Shown: one piece after another, positions 1-12,974 of the stretch
Position numbering within the stretch: position 1 is the first letter of the stretch
Layout of the letters: every line of letters starts with the position of its first letter
Source of the DNA: Amoebophrya sp. A120
Taxonomy: Eukaryota; Protista; Dinoflagellata
NCBI GenBank assembly: GCA_905178155.1
Contig: CAJINV010000009.1
Location: 3,156,768-3,220,767 of the forward strand
DNA length: 64,000 nt
Direction of reading: 5' to 3'
Position numbers and translations under genes: made by a program
Notes under the pieces: model-generated
The model's database searches: none
Told to the model about the DNA's origin: nothing
What the model saw: the letters and a program-made list of their open reading frames with translations, nothing else

Positions 1-2815
1 GCCTGGGCCCGGCGACCAGCCGAGGTCCGCAAGCTCGTTGTGGTGCCCGAAGTGCCAAAAACCGTTCCGGTTGTTTAAGTTCTCCTTCATCACCTTCTCC
101 AGAATCTTGATGCGCGATTTTTCCTCCGTGCCTTCTTTGTATGTTGCAGTGCCCTCTCCGGGGCCTCCCCAAAATGGATCTTCACGCAGGTCTTTCACAA
201 TAGAGCCGACCTGTTCCCACAGCTCTGCCATGAGACTCGAATCTGGATAAGGTTTGCACCGCATGTCATTCGTCTGAGGTTTGCTCCCTCCAATCTTGAG
301 CGTTTTGGCCCAGACATGGTCGAAATGGGCAATGCAGTTTGTACCAACCAGGACGTACTCGAGGTGCTCTTGTAGCTTTGGGGCGACCACGCCTTCATTG
401 GACAGTGGCTTCGCCTCGCCTAGCAGAAGTCTACCCGCAACAGTTGCGAAAGCTGCATGATTGTTCTGTGCAGGCACGTCTTGCAATGTCTCCCCGCGAT
501 GCAGCTCTAGAATTCGAACTTCACCCGCATGTTCTCCGTAGCTGATCTGACCTTGCTCGAGCGGATGTCCGATTTTCAGAGTGCCCATGATCTCAACACA
601 GAAGTGCAGGTGTTCCAAAAAGCTATACCCCGTGCCGTGGGTGTGTTGCTGCTTACGAAACTCATTTTCGTCCAATACTCTCTCCGCAGCCGAGCCAAGG
701 ACAATGTGAAATTGCCAATCCGCGTCGACCTTCTTTTGCGGCACGACAGCGACGATCGGGACAGCGCAGCTAGCCTGCTTCCTTCTCACGACATTCTCCG
801 CGCCTGCCTGACCTGAATCGGGCGTTTGTGTTAGCATCAGGTGTTTCTGATACTCCTGTAGCAATGCGGTGTAAAAGATTTCTTTCGCAACCTCCCCGAC
901 GCCTTTCAGATCTTCATGCGGAAGAGTCTGCGTTTCCGAGTTGGGGGTTTTGCAGATTGTTTCACCCCAAGCCGCCTTGACATTGTCACCCAACTTTGGC
1001 GCATGGTGATCGGGCTTCCCAACGTGTTGCGTCTCTTCAACACCAAAAGCCGCTGCGTGGAGGCGGTTCAATTTGTCCAGCAAAGCGCTGTGTGCCTCCG
1101 AATTTCTTTTACTCAAAAAGCAAGCTTCAGGAGACGTAGACCCACGACTTTCTCCTTCTACCGGTGCGACAAGTCGTGCTTCAGCGCTTTGTGCCAACGG
1201 CGGAGCAGACGCCACATTGAGCGCGTGCAGTGCCCCGTACTCTTTCATCTCGCGCTTGTTTTCAGAGCCGGGTTCGACGTGCGGATTAACATGGTCGGCA
1301 GGCTTGGGTGGTTGTAGGTATTTGGTTCCCTTGGCTGCAGCGGCAGCTTGATCTCGACTTTGTGTGGTTGGCGAAGGTACAACTGCGAGGCGGTCGTGCC
1401 TATCTGGAGATGCGATTGGTTTTGCGGGGACGCCGCTTTTCTTCTGCTCCTTGGATGTTGGAGTTGGAGGTTCTGTAACTACAATTTTTGGTACGTCAGC
1501 CTTTTTGGCTTTCCCTTCTTCCTTGGAACTGCCGGAGTGCAGATTCTTATCTGGCTGCGCCGGGGTGCCCTCTGTTCCGCCTATATGCACAAGAAAGAAA
1601 TAAAGCTTCGCTCGCTTCTTTGCTACTTTTATGATTTCCTTTACATACAACTATCTTGCTGCCTGATGCAGCACTGCAGGCTTTCGGTTCGCAGTGTGCA
1701 GTTTCAATATCGCATCGCCTCAGAATAACCGTAGAAGATTCGAATCAAGCGAATCGATCTCTCGAATCCCAGACAAAGCTCACGAACATGTTGCTTTTTG
1801 TGCTTTCATAAGGATCCTGGGCATTTTGATTTTTGTCAGGCTCTGCTTTCTCCAAGAACATCATTGATTCCGACTCGTGTCCATCCGCACATCCGCCAGC
1901 CTCCTCCATGCCCTCCTTCGCACAATTCGTACCGGCCTCCCGGACCATGCTGTCAGGGTTTATGCATGTCGAAAAAAACTCGAGTCTGAGGTGTGATTTG
2001 TCTTGCAAAAAACGATTCATATGCAAGAGGAATTTCTTTCATTTTCGCATCACAAATCATTTCACTCTGACTCAAAGTCTCGCTTTCGTAAGTGCAGCTT
2101 CCGCCCGCGGATGATCCTTTCCGTCCTCCGAATGACGCGTGGTCTGTTTTTATGCCAACTTCATTCACAATTACAACCCTAATCCAGTCTGCATACAACA
2201 GTTCAAAGCCTGTAAATCGAAATATCACTCACTACATCAGGATTTTGTGCTACACGTGTAATCGCTTGCATCAAAGGTTCCCTCAAAGTAAGTACCTCCG
2301 AGTCGCCGAAAAAAAGGTGCCAAAAGTATCACTAGCAAATGTGTCTTGGTCTGGAAGATTGCAACAGTTGTAATGCATGCCTGGCCTGATGCATGTTGCG
2401 CAGGACAAATAGCACTTTTTGCTATTTGCAGTTACTATTGCAAAATCAAAAAGTTTCCTTTATGCAGCAGGATGCGCAATAAGAAAACTCGCACAAAGTT
2501 GTTTCATCACATACTTGGCTGCCTATTGTAAGCAGTCTGCCCATCTTCAGCAAGCGACCAACCTGTATGCCAACTTTCCCGACCTAGACCTATTTGCACT
2601 CGATAACAAGCTTCCCATCCCCTCTGGGCTGTAATCCCGACGGGCCAGGAAGCCGCGCTCCCGTGGCCGTTGTATGCGAAGTATGGGAGGGGAAAGAACC
2701 AAATCTTTGCACAGCAGGAATCTGTCGTCGATAGTTGACTACCGCATGCCAATTTACGAGAAAGTCGCTTTCTAACACCGCAAGACCACTACATTTCGGG
2801 CAGCAATTCCACAGC
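1..2815 (-). CDS. Unknown protein, multi-exon, 3' end beyond the window start (5' end uncertain, possibly 3093)
   Basis: Hand translation shows a stop-free frame from 1580 to 1 (about 526 codons, ...KSRIKILEKVMKENLNNRNGFWHFGHHNELADLGWSPGPG), absent from the ORF track because no stop is in the window. GT-AG intron at 1581-1648. Removing element 2327-2605 plus one TSD joins ...RGDGKLV|APFFRRLGG... Confidence 0.75.
2327..2605. mobile_element. Introner family A, diverged copy
   Basis: TATCACTAGCAAATGTGTCTTGGTCTGG...CCCGACCTAGACCTATTTGCACTCGATA; flanks AAAAG/ACAAG. Confidence 0.8.
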
Positions 2816-4699
2816 TAAAAAAAAACATGCACGTCGATCATGAAACTTTAAAAGCACCGCCCCAGGGCTGTTATATATGAGAGAGACAGATCTTATTTCG
2901 CAAAAACGCAACTCTTTCCCCCAGGCATACCCTCTGCGAAGAAGCCATTGACAACACAGAAGACCCACACGGGGCTCATGTCCGCAATCAAGGGCGCCGT
3001 GTGGTACAAGGCCGTTAAAAATCCCGCCGTTCGTCGCCGCAAACAGGGCAGAAACGGGTGCTTCTTGCTGCCAAGCTTGGGACGCCGTGCCATGTTGGGT
3101 TGCTTGAGTTGGATTTTGTTTTGGAAGTGATGAAAGAGGAAAATTGAAAATTTGTTTTGGAGTTGTGAGTTGAGAGAGCGTTTGATAGTTGAATTACAAA
3201 GGGTTTGATTAGTGTAAAACTCAACGAGTGCTGTGTCTCACGGTGGTCGAAAGAAGACAGAGCAGCACGATTTGGGTCGTGCGGCTTGCTTCTTTTTCGA
3301 AAACAGGAGAGGAATTTCTTATCGGGGTTTCCGAAAAAGAACCTGGAGGGGTCATGAGAATCAAATTTATTTTCTTCTAATTCGAAGGCTTTATCTGTTG
3401 ACGCATCTATTGTACGAACGAGAATGAACGCCGACGATGTTGTACTCCGCGTTTGCCAAAACTGAGACGGTTGGACTACCACGCACGAAGCTGTACTTCT
3501 TTCCAGAGTTCTTGTTCAGCTTGCCTAAACGGTTTACAACAAGTACGGAGAATTTCGAGCACCACTGCTGCACGAGGAAAGCAGGCTGCGCACGACTACT
3601 TAGGACACACAGCACTACATACAAGAAGTGGCCCGAGTTGTCGTCTAAGCACCGGCAAACCGATTTGATTAATAAACGCTGCGCCGCAGATGATTATTTT
3701 TTTTCACGCTGTACAACACGTAAAGCTACCGAAGACAACGACGTTGCTACACGCGACAAAACCGAACGACCGGAGGCAACAAGGTTCAAGAGAGACGACC
3801 GCACGCAGTGCGCGAAGATTGCAGACGGTGCTGCGCGGTAGAGTTGTACATCACCGGAGCTTTGTCTACGACTGAACCGAAAGCATCTTTGTACCACTAT
3901 GCGTTTTTTAGCAAGAGCCACCGTGGATACGAGGGCGCGCCGCGCTCCTAGCACCCCGCTGCAGGTAGATGAAGGGCGCGAAAAATACAAATACCGAGGG
4001 AGCAAACTAATACTTAAACCGAGGAGGAAAAGGAAAAGCAAACGCGTTGCCGAAATCGATAAAATTTCAGGGACCTATTCGCGCATGCGGTTTCAGGGCT
4101 TCTGCTGTCATAGCAGCAGCGCAAAACCGGAGAAGACCGAACGAGGCAAGGCGGGCGATACAACCACGGCCACTTTCTTCGCCGCTTTGAAAGGGGGCCT
4201 CTCGCTAGCGCACTTTAGCGCGATACTATTCTGCTCTCGGCCACGCCTGCGTCTGTCTTGCAAGAAGACGACGAGACAACTCGGCCCTGTGCGTTCGCAG
4301 CGGGCACCGCTTACCACAGCTCAACCGCATCGCACACCGCCGCTGGGCGAACCTTCGCGGGGGCTTCTGCGCCGCTTCCAGGAGCGGCGAAAGCGGGCGC
4401 GGCCAGCCTGCGGCTTTGTAGAACTTGCGTCAGGTGCCGTTCAGGCGGCTTGAGTTGGCGCCTGCAAATGGAAACGGGGCGCAATCCCACATGCATGGCC
4501 CTTTCTGGCGCGTCGACCGGCCGGATCCCGGATCCGGACTGTCCGACCCCGAGCAGTTGCCAGCGTTTTTTTTTCGTTTTCATCAAGGAAAACAAATATG
4601 ACTACGGTGGCGGCAGTCGGCTTTTCCAGATCATACACCTTTAAAAGTACACACTGTACGCACTTTATAAGGTCTGCCTGAGCTGCAAGATGGAGGGTG

Positions 4700-5560
4700 G
4701 GCACTACATCTTCTCAAGAAAAAAATCCAAAAAAATGCGATTTTTTTGAAATCAGAGAAGAGGTCCGCAGTTGTATCAATATACAAGATGGCGCACAAAG
4801 TATATTCGGAAGAGCAGAGGTATCCCTTGTTTCGACAGTATTTCTTGTTCACATTGAAAGGCTTTAGACTTTGCATAAAATTTTCCAATTTTTTGGATTT
4901 TCTAAAATTTTAAGGAATTGCACTGGTTGTTGTTTAGAGTCGTCCAATAGGATGGAAAATGACTCCCACAGCTTTTAATATGCAGTTTTTTTTTATATTT
5001 ATATGATAAAATGGCATGCGTATCCCATAACTACACTTGAATGAAGTTCGCGAAATTTTCGAGTTTTTGCAAAATGGTCAAACAATTATAATAAAAGAGC
5101 TAATTAAGAAAAAAAAAATACTATTAAACTAAAAAAATCCACTAATATTGCGATACTACACCAGTTATACTAATATTTTACTGCAGTTTCACACCACAGG
5201 AAATTTTTGTATTTTTCTGGAATTTTGAAAATTCTAAGAGTTTGCTGATAATTCATTAAATGTGTACTATGGGATCAAGAGTTCCACTAAAAGCACTGAG
5301 AAATCTGTAAAGAGGGTTAATTTGAATAGAATTTGAAAGGTATGGCACAATTTTCATAAAATTCCATCGTGAAAAATTTTGCAAATTTTCAAAAATTCAG
5401 TAGAGATCTCTGGAATTTCTCTAGTGTTACCTTTGTAGATGAAAAAAAGAAAAAAATCACAAATATACGCACAACCTTTTAGATATTTTGGTGGATTTTT
5501 AGCGATTGATCTTATGCACGTCATATCTGTAGTTTTTCGGATTTAAGAAAATCAAACACA
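4700..5560. other. AT-rich A/T-tract core in the divergent strand-switch region, flanked by GC-rich blocks
   Basis: Dense AAAATTTT/TTTTT tracts, no credible ORF, sharp composition change to GC-rich flanks at about 4100-4560 and 5650-6400. Confidence 0.7.
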
Positions 5561-7010
5561 GCTCTCTCGAATCTGACTTGATCAGGCTCAACTGAAGGGA
5601 ATAAAACACAAAACCGCTATCAGAACTGGAATTGCAGGCATTTTTGACCAGATCCGGCCGCCCGGCCACCGCAGTCGCCGTCGGCAAGGCCCGCGGATCT
5701 CTCAGCCTTTGGGAAGGCGGACCAGATACCCCTGGGGTGGTGCCAATGGACCCCCACCAGCGACAAAGGCCGAGAAAAGGCATAGTCAAGCCGCCCCGGG
5801 GGGCACTTCCGACCGGGCCCGGAAGCGTGGTCCCGTCCGCCCCGGCGGCCGGCTTTTCGGCTCCTTTAGTGATTTTTAGTATGCATTGCTAGGGCCGCCC
5901 TTCTTGTCGGGCCGCGCAAGCCCGCAAAGCCGAGCCGTCGCAGCACTTCACCGCGGCGGCAAATACACTACGCGGGCGGGTCTAGACCACGCAAAGCCGC
6001 GGCGCCTTTGGAGCGCTTTCATGTCTGGGCTGCGCGGCGGAAAGGGAGCGCGAAGCCGTACGCGCGGCTATTTTGCTCCGGAAAGGAAGGGGCCCGGGAC
6101 TCCGCTATCGCCCTGGCATTGGCGCAAGAGCGCAACAGGCCCGGTGGGATGCCAGCTTTTTCAGTTTCTCCCAAATCGGACCCGTCTGCCGCTTTGGGTC
6201 CCCGGGTGCCGGACCCGCGGAGCCGCGACTCCGGGGGGGCCCGCGATGCGGGCGTCCCGAGCAAGCGGATTCCCAAGAGGCCGCACCGCGATGCGTCGCG
6301 CACGGCCGGAGCAAGAGATCCGCCCCGGACGCAGCGCATACCGAGGACGAGAGCCAGGTAAAACGTCTGATCTGGCGGTACGAGTTTTCGTGCGTTTGCC
6401 TCCGCTGGTGCGGGCTCAGCGTAATAGGTCTGCTTCTTTCTGAAACAATTCTACCAGCGCCATACTAGATCTAGACGTCGAAAAACAAGATGGGGCGAAC
6501 AGCTCAGCTACGACCTCCATCCGAATACGACGGATCCTGAATGTTCTTGCAGGAGTTCAGCTCATTCCTAAACTAGTGCTTCACAGCGCCCAGCTAGTTC
6601 TTACCCGAGGAGATTGATGAGGCGTGGCTATAATTAGAAGAAGAAGTGTAGTATAGTGACTACACTTCTACCAGGCCGCCAGTAGAGTGTTGCGCATAGC
6701 GTAAAAAGTGCTGTACTGAGTTTTATGTTTGGTTGCAGCACGCTCTTGCTCTGCACAGACCAAAGTGTTTTTTAGCCACCGCAAAAGAGAATAAGAAGCT
6801 ACTACCAGATGTTGAACTGCTTTACCTTTCTCCCAAACGAATTCTCTCGTCCTACGTTCAAGCACTGATGGACATGATCTCAACAAGAAACCATTCGAAT
6901 ATACACAACTACCCGATACCAAGCTAAGTCATTACTATCTGTACTGCACTTGTGCTAAGAAAAGTACTACACCAAACAAAAAAAACAAACCCATTTTCAC
7001 TACCGCCAAA

Positions 7011-10000
7011 ATGTTGAAGGCGAGCACCGTCCCGCGAAGTAGACCCCGCCGCGCAAAAGCGGCGAGCTTGTTCGCACACGTGATCGTCGCAGCGGTGTCA
7101 TTTTCTTCGTCCGTTGCAAGCAGCTTGTCCTCCGCCTCGAGACCGCCAAGGACGACGTCAGTCCCGAAGGCACTAAAGACCGTGGCGGAACAAGAAATTT
7201 CCGCTCCGCAGTCCGCCGCCCTGCTGCACGGGTACTGTTTGCTCAGCCTGATCCTGCACCAGGCGGCGCTCGACGCACCGGCGTTGCGGGTCCAGACGAA
7301 CATTCATATCCTGTGTAAAAACGTCCCCGACATAAAGTTGTCATGCAAACCTGCATGCCAAAAAAGGTTCTCATGCGCAGCGCCATGAGAAGGGGTTTCT
7401 TTTTCTAATCGTGTTTTGGAATTGGTGACGCTACAATCAGCATGATGTGCTAGATCTGTCATGCTGCTGAACTACTAGCTAAACAGGACTACACTACGAG
7501 GACAAACTTGTCATGCGAAACAGCCAAAGCCGCTTGGTTTGTCTAGCAGATTTCCCATCTTGACTCCGGTGTGGGGGTGTTTTTCCGTAGGATAATTCAA
7601 TACGTCGTCCTGCCGCAGATCGCGGAGCACCGGGTCGCGGCCGATGTGAGTTGGAAGATTGTGGGGTTTTTACCCGAACCTCCTATCAAATGCAAAAATG
7701 ATTGGGTCTGGAAGATTGGTAGGTTTGTCATGCAGGTTTTCCATGACCCACGCGGTCTGCCATGCACGGCCTAGCATGACAGGTTCTGTGAGATCTCTAT
7801 CATGTCGTTCCTGCATCAGAAACTGCCTCTAAATTTGTTCAAAACTGGACCTCTTTTGGTAATCATGCAACGCAAATTTTTCCACGATCCAGATGTAGCA
7901 TGACAAGTTACACTCTTCCAGACCCAGACATATTTGCAATCCATACCTCCCGTTCCGGCCGATGTGAGCTGGAAGATCGCGGGGTTTTCACCAGAAGCAG
8001 GAGCGCGGGTACGTGGAGGAAGGAGAGGGGAAGCAGCTCCGGTTGATGATTCCGAGTTCATACCTAGAAGTGGTGGAGCTCCCGCTACTGCTTCTGCTGA
8101 AGATGAAAAAGAGCAGGACTTTTTCCACGAACCACCCTCGCGGCCGTCAAGTTTGTTCGAACGGCTGACGCAGCGCATTTTTCAACATCGAGGTGGACAT
8201 GAAACTGAAGAAAAACACAAAGAACGCCCGCACGCCCTCGCAGTGGACGAAGCAACCCTGAAAGAGCTGAGCCAGTACTTCCAAGACCTCCACATTTGTT
8301 GGGCGAGTACGAAGTCCGAGGTGGAACTTGTGATGCCCAAGCTGCAACAGCGGTTCGAGGAGTTCCCGCGGCTGAAGCGTGAAGTTGTAAATCTAGTCGG
8401 GAAAATCCTCCCGGAAAGTCTTCAACCGGACCACCTAGAGGCAGGCCGCACCGGGGATCATTCACGCTCTGTGCTTGCTGCATCGGGCGGACAAGAGGGG
8501 AGGGAGGTACTGCACGGGAAACAAGCAATTTCGGCTGCAGGCGCGGAGAGCGCGGAAACGGGACAGATGGGTGACGCTCCTGCTTCTGTTACTGATACTG
8601 CTACTACTGACCACTGCGGCGATGTTCCTAAGACCCCCTATCCACTTGTGGTCGCAGAGGAGCGAGTGCTTTCGCTCATTTCAGAGGGTAAGCACAACGA
8701 TCGTCGTCTCCTTGCTGTGCCTGAAGGCCATGGCCCCCCTTGTTCCTCCGAGCAGCGCGGCTCGGCTCCAGCTTCCTCCCGAGAAACAAGTAGGATGCCG
8801 AGCGAGAAACTTTCCGATAGAAATGAAACGCCTGCTCGGCGCTCCGTATTACCGTCGCTAGGCGGTCGTGGCGGGCATCTTCTCTCCGAGTGGCGGGCCC
8901 TGCCTCCGGTTCCGACGAAAACTACACCGGTCATTCACGCGCGGAATCTGGAGCCTGTGTTGGCAAACACCCACCCTGAAGGGGGCTTAGGTTTGCATAT
9001 GGAACAAGACATGGAGAGCGAGGAGGTTTCTCCTGCCGGGTCTGGTGGCTCCGCCTCTGCTTGTAGTCGCGAAGATGATCATTCCCTCGCCAGTGGGAGC
9101 GCGGCTGCTACCACGATGAAAAATCTTCACCGCGAACAAGATGATGAAAGCAAGCTAGTACGAGTACCGTGCCCAACCACCGCGCCGCCACTCGTTCCGT
9201 CCGACGCCCCGAGCAGCCTGGAACTTTTTCCGTCTCAGGGTCGGACCTTCGTCGTCCCTCGTAAGCCACTGCAAGTAGAGCTCGGTTGTTCCACTTTCCC
9301 GCCGGGGCACAAGCTCCTCTTCGAGGCACTGACTCTGGAGCCGGGGTTGCATGCGCCGAGGGTGTGCGCAAGGCTGTCGAATTATTATTCTGGAGACACG
9401 AGGACAGCACTAGCTCCTTTGGCAGCACAAGAAGCACAACATAAAAATTTCGAGCCCCCTGCAGCTGTGTCGAGCCAAGTAGTCGGAGATGATGACACGG
9501 GACGAGATGAGCCGGAGCAACTCGTTCTTGCGAGTTCTACTTCTAAAGCTGACACCAAAAAATCATGTAGTGAGAATACCGACCGCGTTTTTCTCAATGC
9601 CGACAATTTACACTCCGCGCAGTCGCCGTTTCACATCTCCAGCCTGCCGCGATGTTTCATCACGCCCGAAGATCTGACAAAGTGGAACAAATTTTTCGCG
9701 CAAACCGACAACGCCGAAGGAGGTGGTTGCAGGGGGATGAAAGCGGGAAAAACAAGCGCAAGTAGTCTTGGAAGTTGTGATGCGGGAGCTGTACTAGACC
9801 AAGTACAAGTTCAAAGTGCTATCTTTGACGACCCCGCACTGCAGATCGCGAACCCACAGCCCGTCTGGTCGGGGAAAACGAAACTGCGGGAAGTAGAACC
9901 GGCAGAGGTGGGAAATAAACACCACGACAGTGGCACAATTGTTCCTCAACAGCAGCCACACGCCCAACGAGAACGACGCGTAACTACCCGAAACCCGGAC

Positions 10001-12974
10001 CACACCGCGAGACGCATCTTCAAATCGATCGGATCGTTCGAAGCCAGCACGAAGATGCACGTGGAGAGCGCCGTGTTTTACTCCATGGTGTGGCACCTGT
10101 TCTGGTTCCGGTGCAGGCGGGAGGCTGGAGATCTCAAAACTGGCGGAAAAAGTATCAGAAAGAACAATTTTCTCCAACAGGGAAAACACAAACAATCACA
10201 CAATAAACCGACTTGGACCAAAGTGGAGAAAGGCAAAGCTCGTGGTGGTGGTGCCCCCGGTGTCTGCCTCTTCTTCGACGAGGTCAACGACGGTGTAACG
10301 CTGAGCTTCCAGCGGGATCTGTCCCACCCGGAGGGGGTTGCGCTCCCGGGATCGAATCCCATGAATCCGAATAACGAGCCGGAGATCGTTGGGCGGGCAA
10401 AAGTGGTGGATTTGATCAACTTTCACTACTACAGAAACGCCAAAACGAGCCCACTAGTTGGTGGGAGCAAGGGCGTGGAAAGTAAACGTGTTGTAGTGCC
10501 GCCTGCTCCCGGACTCATGCAGACGGACGACAGTGAGGACGCGAAATTTGTCGAGCATTTCTACAGTAAGTTGCTCACCGACGTTGTGGGCGAATATTTG
10601 ACAGAAATAAAGGAAGATGACCGTGCTGAAACTCAACAGAGCAAACTCGCGCCTACTCTCCCCTCCTGGGCAGAGACGCTTTACCCAAGTTGGGCACTGA
10701 ATATGGTCTACGAGGAGAGACGACCAGTTTCTAGCACCTCTTGCCCCGGGCGCTCCGGCAATAATATTAAAGGGACCACGACGTCGTTTGGCTTTCGTGA
10801 GAACGGCATCCCCTTATCCAGCAAAAAACAACCATCCCCATCCATTTTATGCATGACAAACACAGGAACTCATGCATGTTTTGCATGATAAATTGGATGG
10901 GGATGGTTGTTTTTTTGTGGATACCCCTACATCACTTTCCAAGCTGACGTGAAAGAGTTATACCGTAAGGACGCCAGTCTGCTCCTCCGCAAGGAAGGCC
11001 GGATGGCAGCCAACGCACACTTCAGGCAAGCGAGAAAGGAGGAAAAAGAGGCACGATGTTATCAAACGGAAAATTCCCCCCTCCCCATATCAAAACGAAA
11101 TTTGTGATGCTGGATTTGAGTGCACAAAACAGGTTTGTCTTGTAGTAGAGCGCTTCAGGAATATACGAAGCCCGAGCAGAGGGGTTTTGACATAGGCGCC
11201 CAGCATGGCAAACGTCTACGCTCCTGCAGGACCATACGCATCACAAACCGCCTGCATAATGCGGCGGAGTCCGCGCAGTTGCATTCGTGCAAGACAGAGA
11301 CGATTTGTGGTCACAAATCAGCACTAGAGGCGTGTCTTTTCGGTATGGGGAGGGGACATTTTCCCTCACGATAGATGTACCGCGGCGATAATGATCAACC
11401 TGAGACGCGGCCAACATCGTGGGGTCTCTTCGACTCCTTCTTGGGGAGAAACGCATATGTACCCTCCAAAGTGGGATGAAGATGCTGATGAAGAAGCGGA
11501 GATTACAAACAACTCAACCACCTCCATGGGGGAACAACAAGTGTCGAGTAGTTATGGCACCAACTACTGCAGGACACCCGCATGGGCCGCGCCGGAGTAT
11601 AATTACCGCGCTGGCCGTCTTTCCGCTCGTCGGTCCGAACAAGGACGGGCGTATGACGACACTCCTCGCACCTGCTACTGGGCGGCCCATAACGAGGTAA
11701 AACCACCGTACATCGATCCAGCCGACTGCGACCACGCGTTATTTGCCCCCACATCCTGCTTCGAGCGGCAAGAGGCTGACTTTCTCCCTTTCACTGAGGC
11801 TGACTTTGTCCCGCTCGTCTCAACCGGAGGTGCGACGGGAGAAGGAGGTGGACCACCTGGCTGCACGACCGCGTCGGAGTTGTTGCACCATAATCGTCGA
11901 CTCCCGGAAGACCAAGATGTCGACTGTCACGGGAGAAATTATGATTCCGGCGCAGGAGCAGCGCCGGAGTTTTCTTCGAGCTGCAGCGCCACCAGAAAGG
12001 CCAGGAGAAACGAATTTCAAACTACCAGAGCCCAGCGGGGAGCGAGATTTTTACAAAATTACTACGGAGAGGGCGGCTCGGCGCCACAGCACAAGTCACG
12101 AAATGCTCGGCAAGTTTGGCAGCAAGACGTAGATGAACAACCACTGCCACGGCACGACACTACGCGAAACCAGGACCTTCCATCGCCGCGGTGCGCAGGA
12201 GCACCGCCCGGGCTCTTCTCGAGGGGTTTCTACGCAGCCGGTACTTGTTCCAGCAACAGAGATTTTATCCATACACACCAAGACGACCGGCAGGAATCGG
12301 CGCACTTAAGAACGCCGTCGATGCAACAAAACGGCGACGTGATTTGGAATGATCAGGAACCACCTTCAACTCCGTTGTCTTTTCGCCGGCGAGAAACAAT
12401 CACTGCTGATCCAGTAAACAAGAGCGTGGCATCAGCGCAGACGGAGCCGGCAGACGGTTCTCTTCCCGTCCGCCGCTCGGGGCTGACACAACCAGGAGAT
12501 GGGCTTCCAGCGCAGAGTTCTTGTGGTCCGGAAGGAGAGGTACAACAACATGAAGATCAGCAGCGTCAGCACAAATGCTGCTCTCATGTTCCGGAAAGAA
12601 CGACGGCCGCGTCTGTTCCCTACGTTCCCAGCGCCGCAGCGTTTTCTTCTCAGCCGGTCGTGTCGTCGGCATTTTTGCCCGGCCGGCGAGAAAGCTTTGG
12701 GAGCTACTACGTCCCAGCAACGGAGGCTGGACCTGAAAGTAAAACGGGGGAGGAGCGAAACCAAGACCCAGGTGGGTCGACGTCGTCTGCGGCACATACT
12801 TTATCGCGTGGTTTTATGTGCGATAGAAGAGACGACTCTAATGCCGTGCCGTCATCAAATGATCATATGACCGTTGTGGACATCAACCACCCTAGATGGA
12901 ATTCGATGACGCCGGAAGAGCAGACCGATCTGCTCCGGTGGGCGCTCGAAACGGGGAGACGGCTGCGGTTTTGA
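7011..12974 (+). CDS. Large unknown protein (about 1700 aa), hydrophobic N-terminal segment, low-complexity, four introners
   Basis: ORFs 7011, 7571, 7934, 10907 and 11391 join in frame after removing elements: TNIQYVVLP, PEPPVPAD, NGIPYITFQ, EARCTAAIMINL. Confidence 0.75.
7307..7594. mobile_element. Introner family B
   Basis: TATCCTGTGTAAAAACGTCCCC...GGGGGTGTTTTTCCGTAGGATA; TSD ATTCA/ATTCA. Confidence 0.92.
7684..7945. mobile_element. Introner family A
   Basis: TATCAAATGCAAAAATGATTGGGTCTGGAA...TTCCAGACCCAGACATATTTGCAATCCATA; TSD CCTCC/CCTCC. Confidence 0.92.
10815..10923. mobile_element. Short singleton introner (109 bp)
   Basis: About 30-bp TIR TATCCAGCAAAAAACAACCATCCCCATCCA; TSD CCCCT/CCCCT. 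Confidence 0.92.
11060..11373. mobile_element. Introner family C
   Basis: TATCAAACGGAAAATTCCCCCCTCCCCATA...TATGGGGAGGGGACATTTTCCCTCACGATA; TSD GATGT/GATGT. Confidence 0.92.

Noticed and set aside
4519-5660. CGGCCGGATC / GATCCGGCCG inverted pair around the AT-rich core as transposon TIRs
   Set aside because: Only 10 bp in GC-rich DNA, no extension and no TSD
5886-6468. Overlapping 100-185 aa ORFs in GC-rich blocks (also 3899-4644 and 46290-47095)
   Set aside because: Arg/Pro/Gly-rich in all frames, as expected from stop-codon scarcity at high GC
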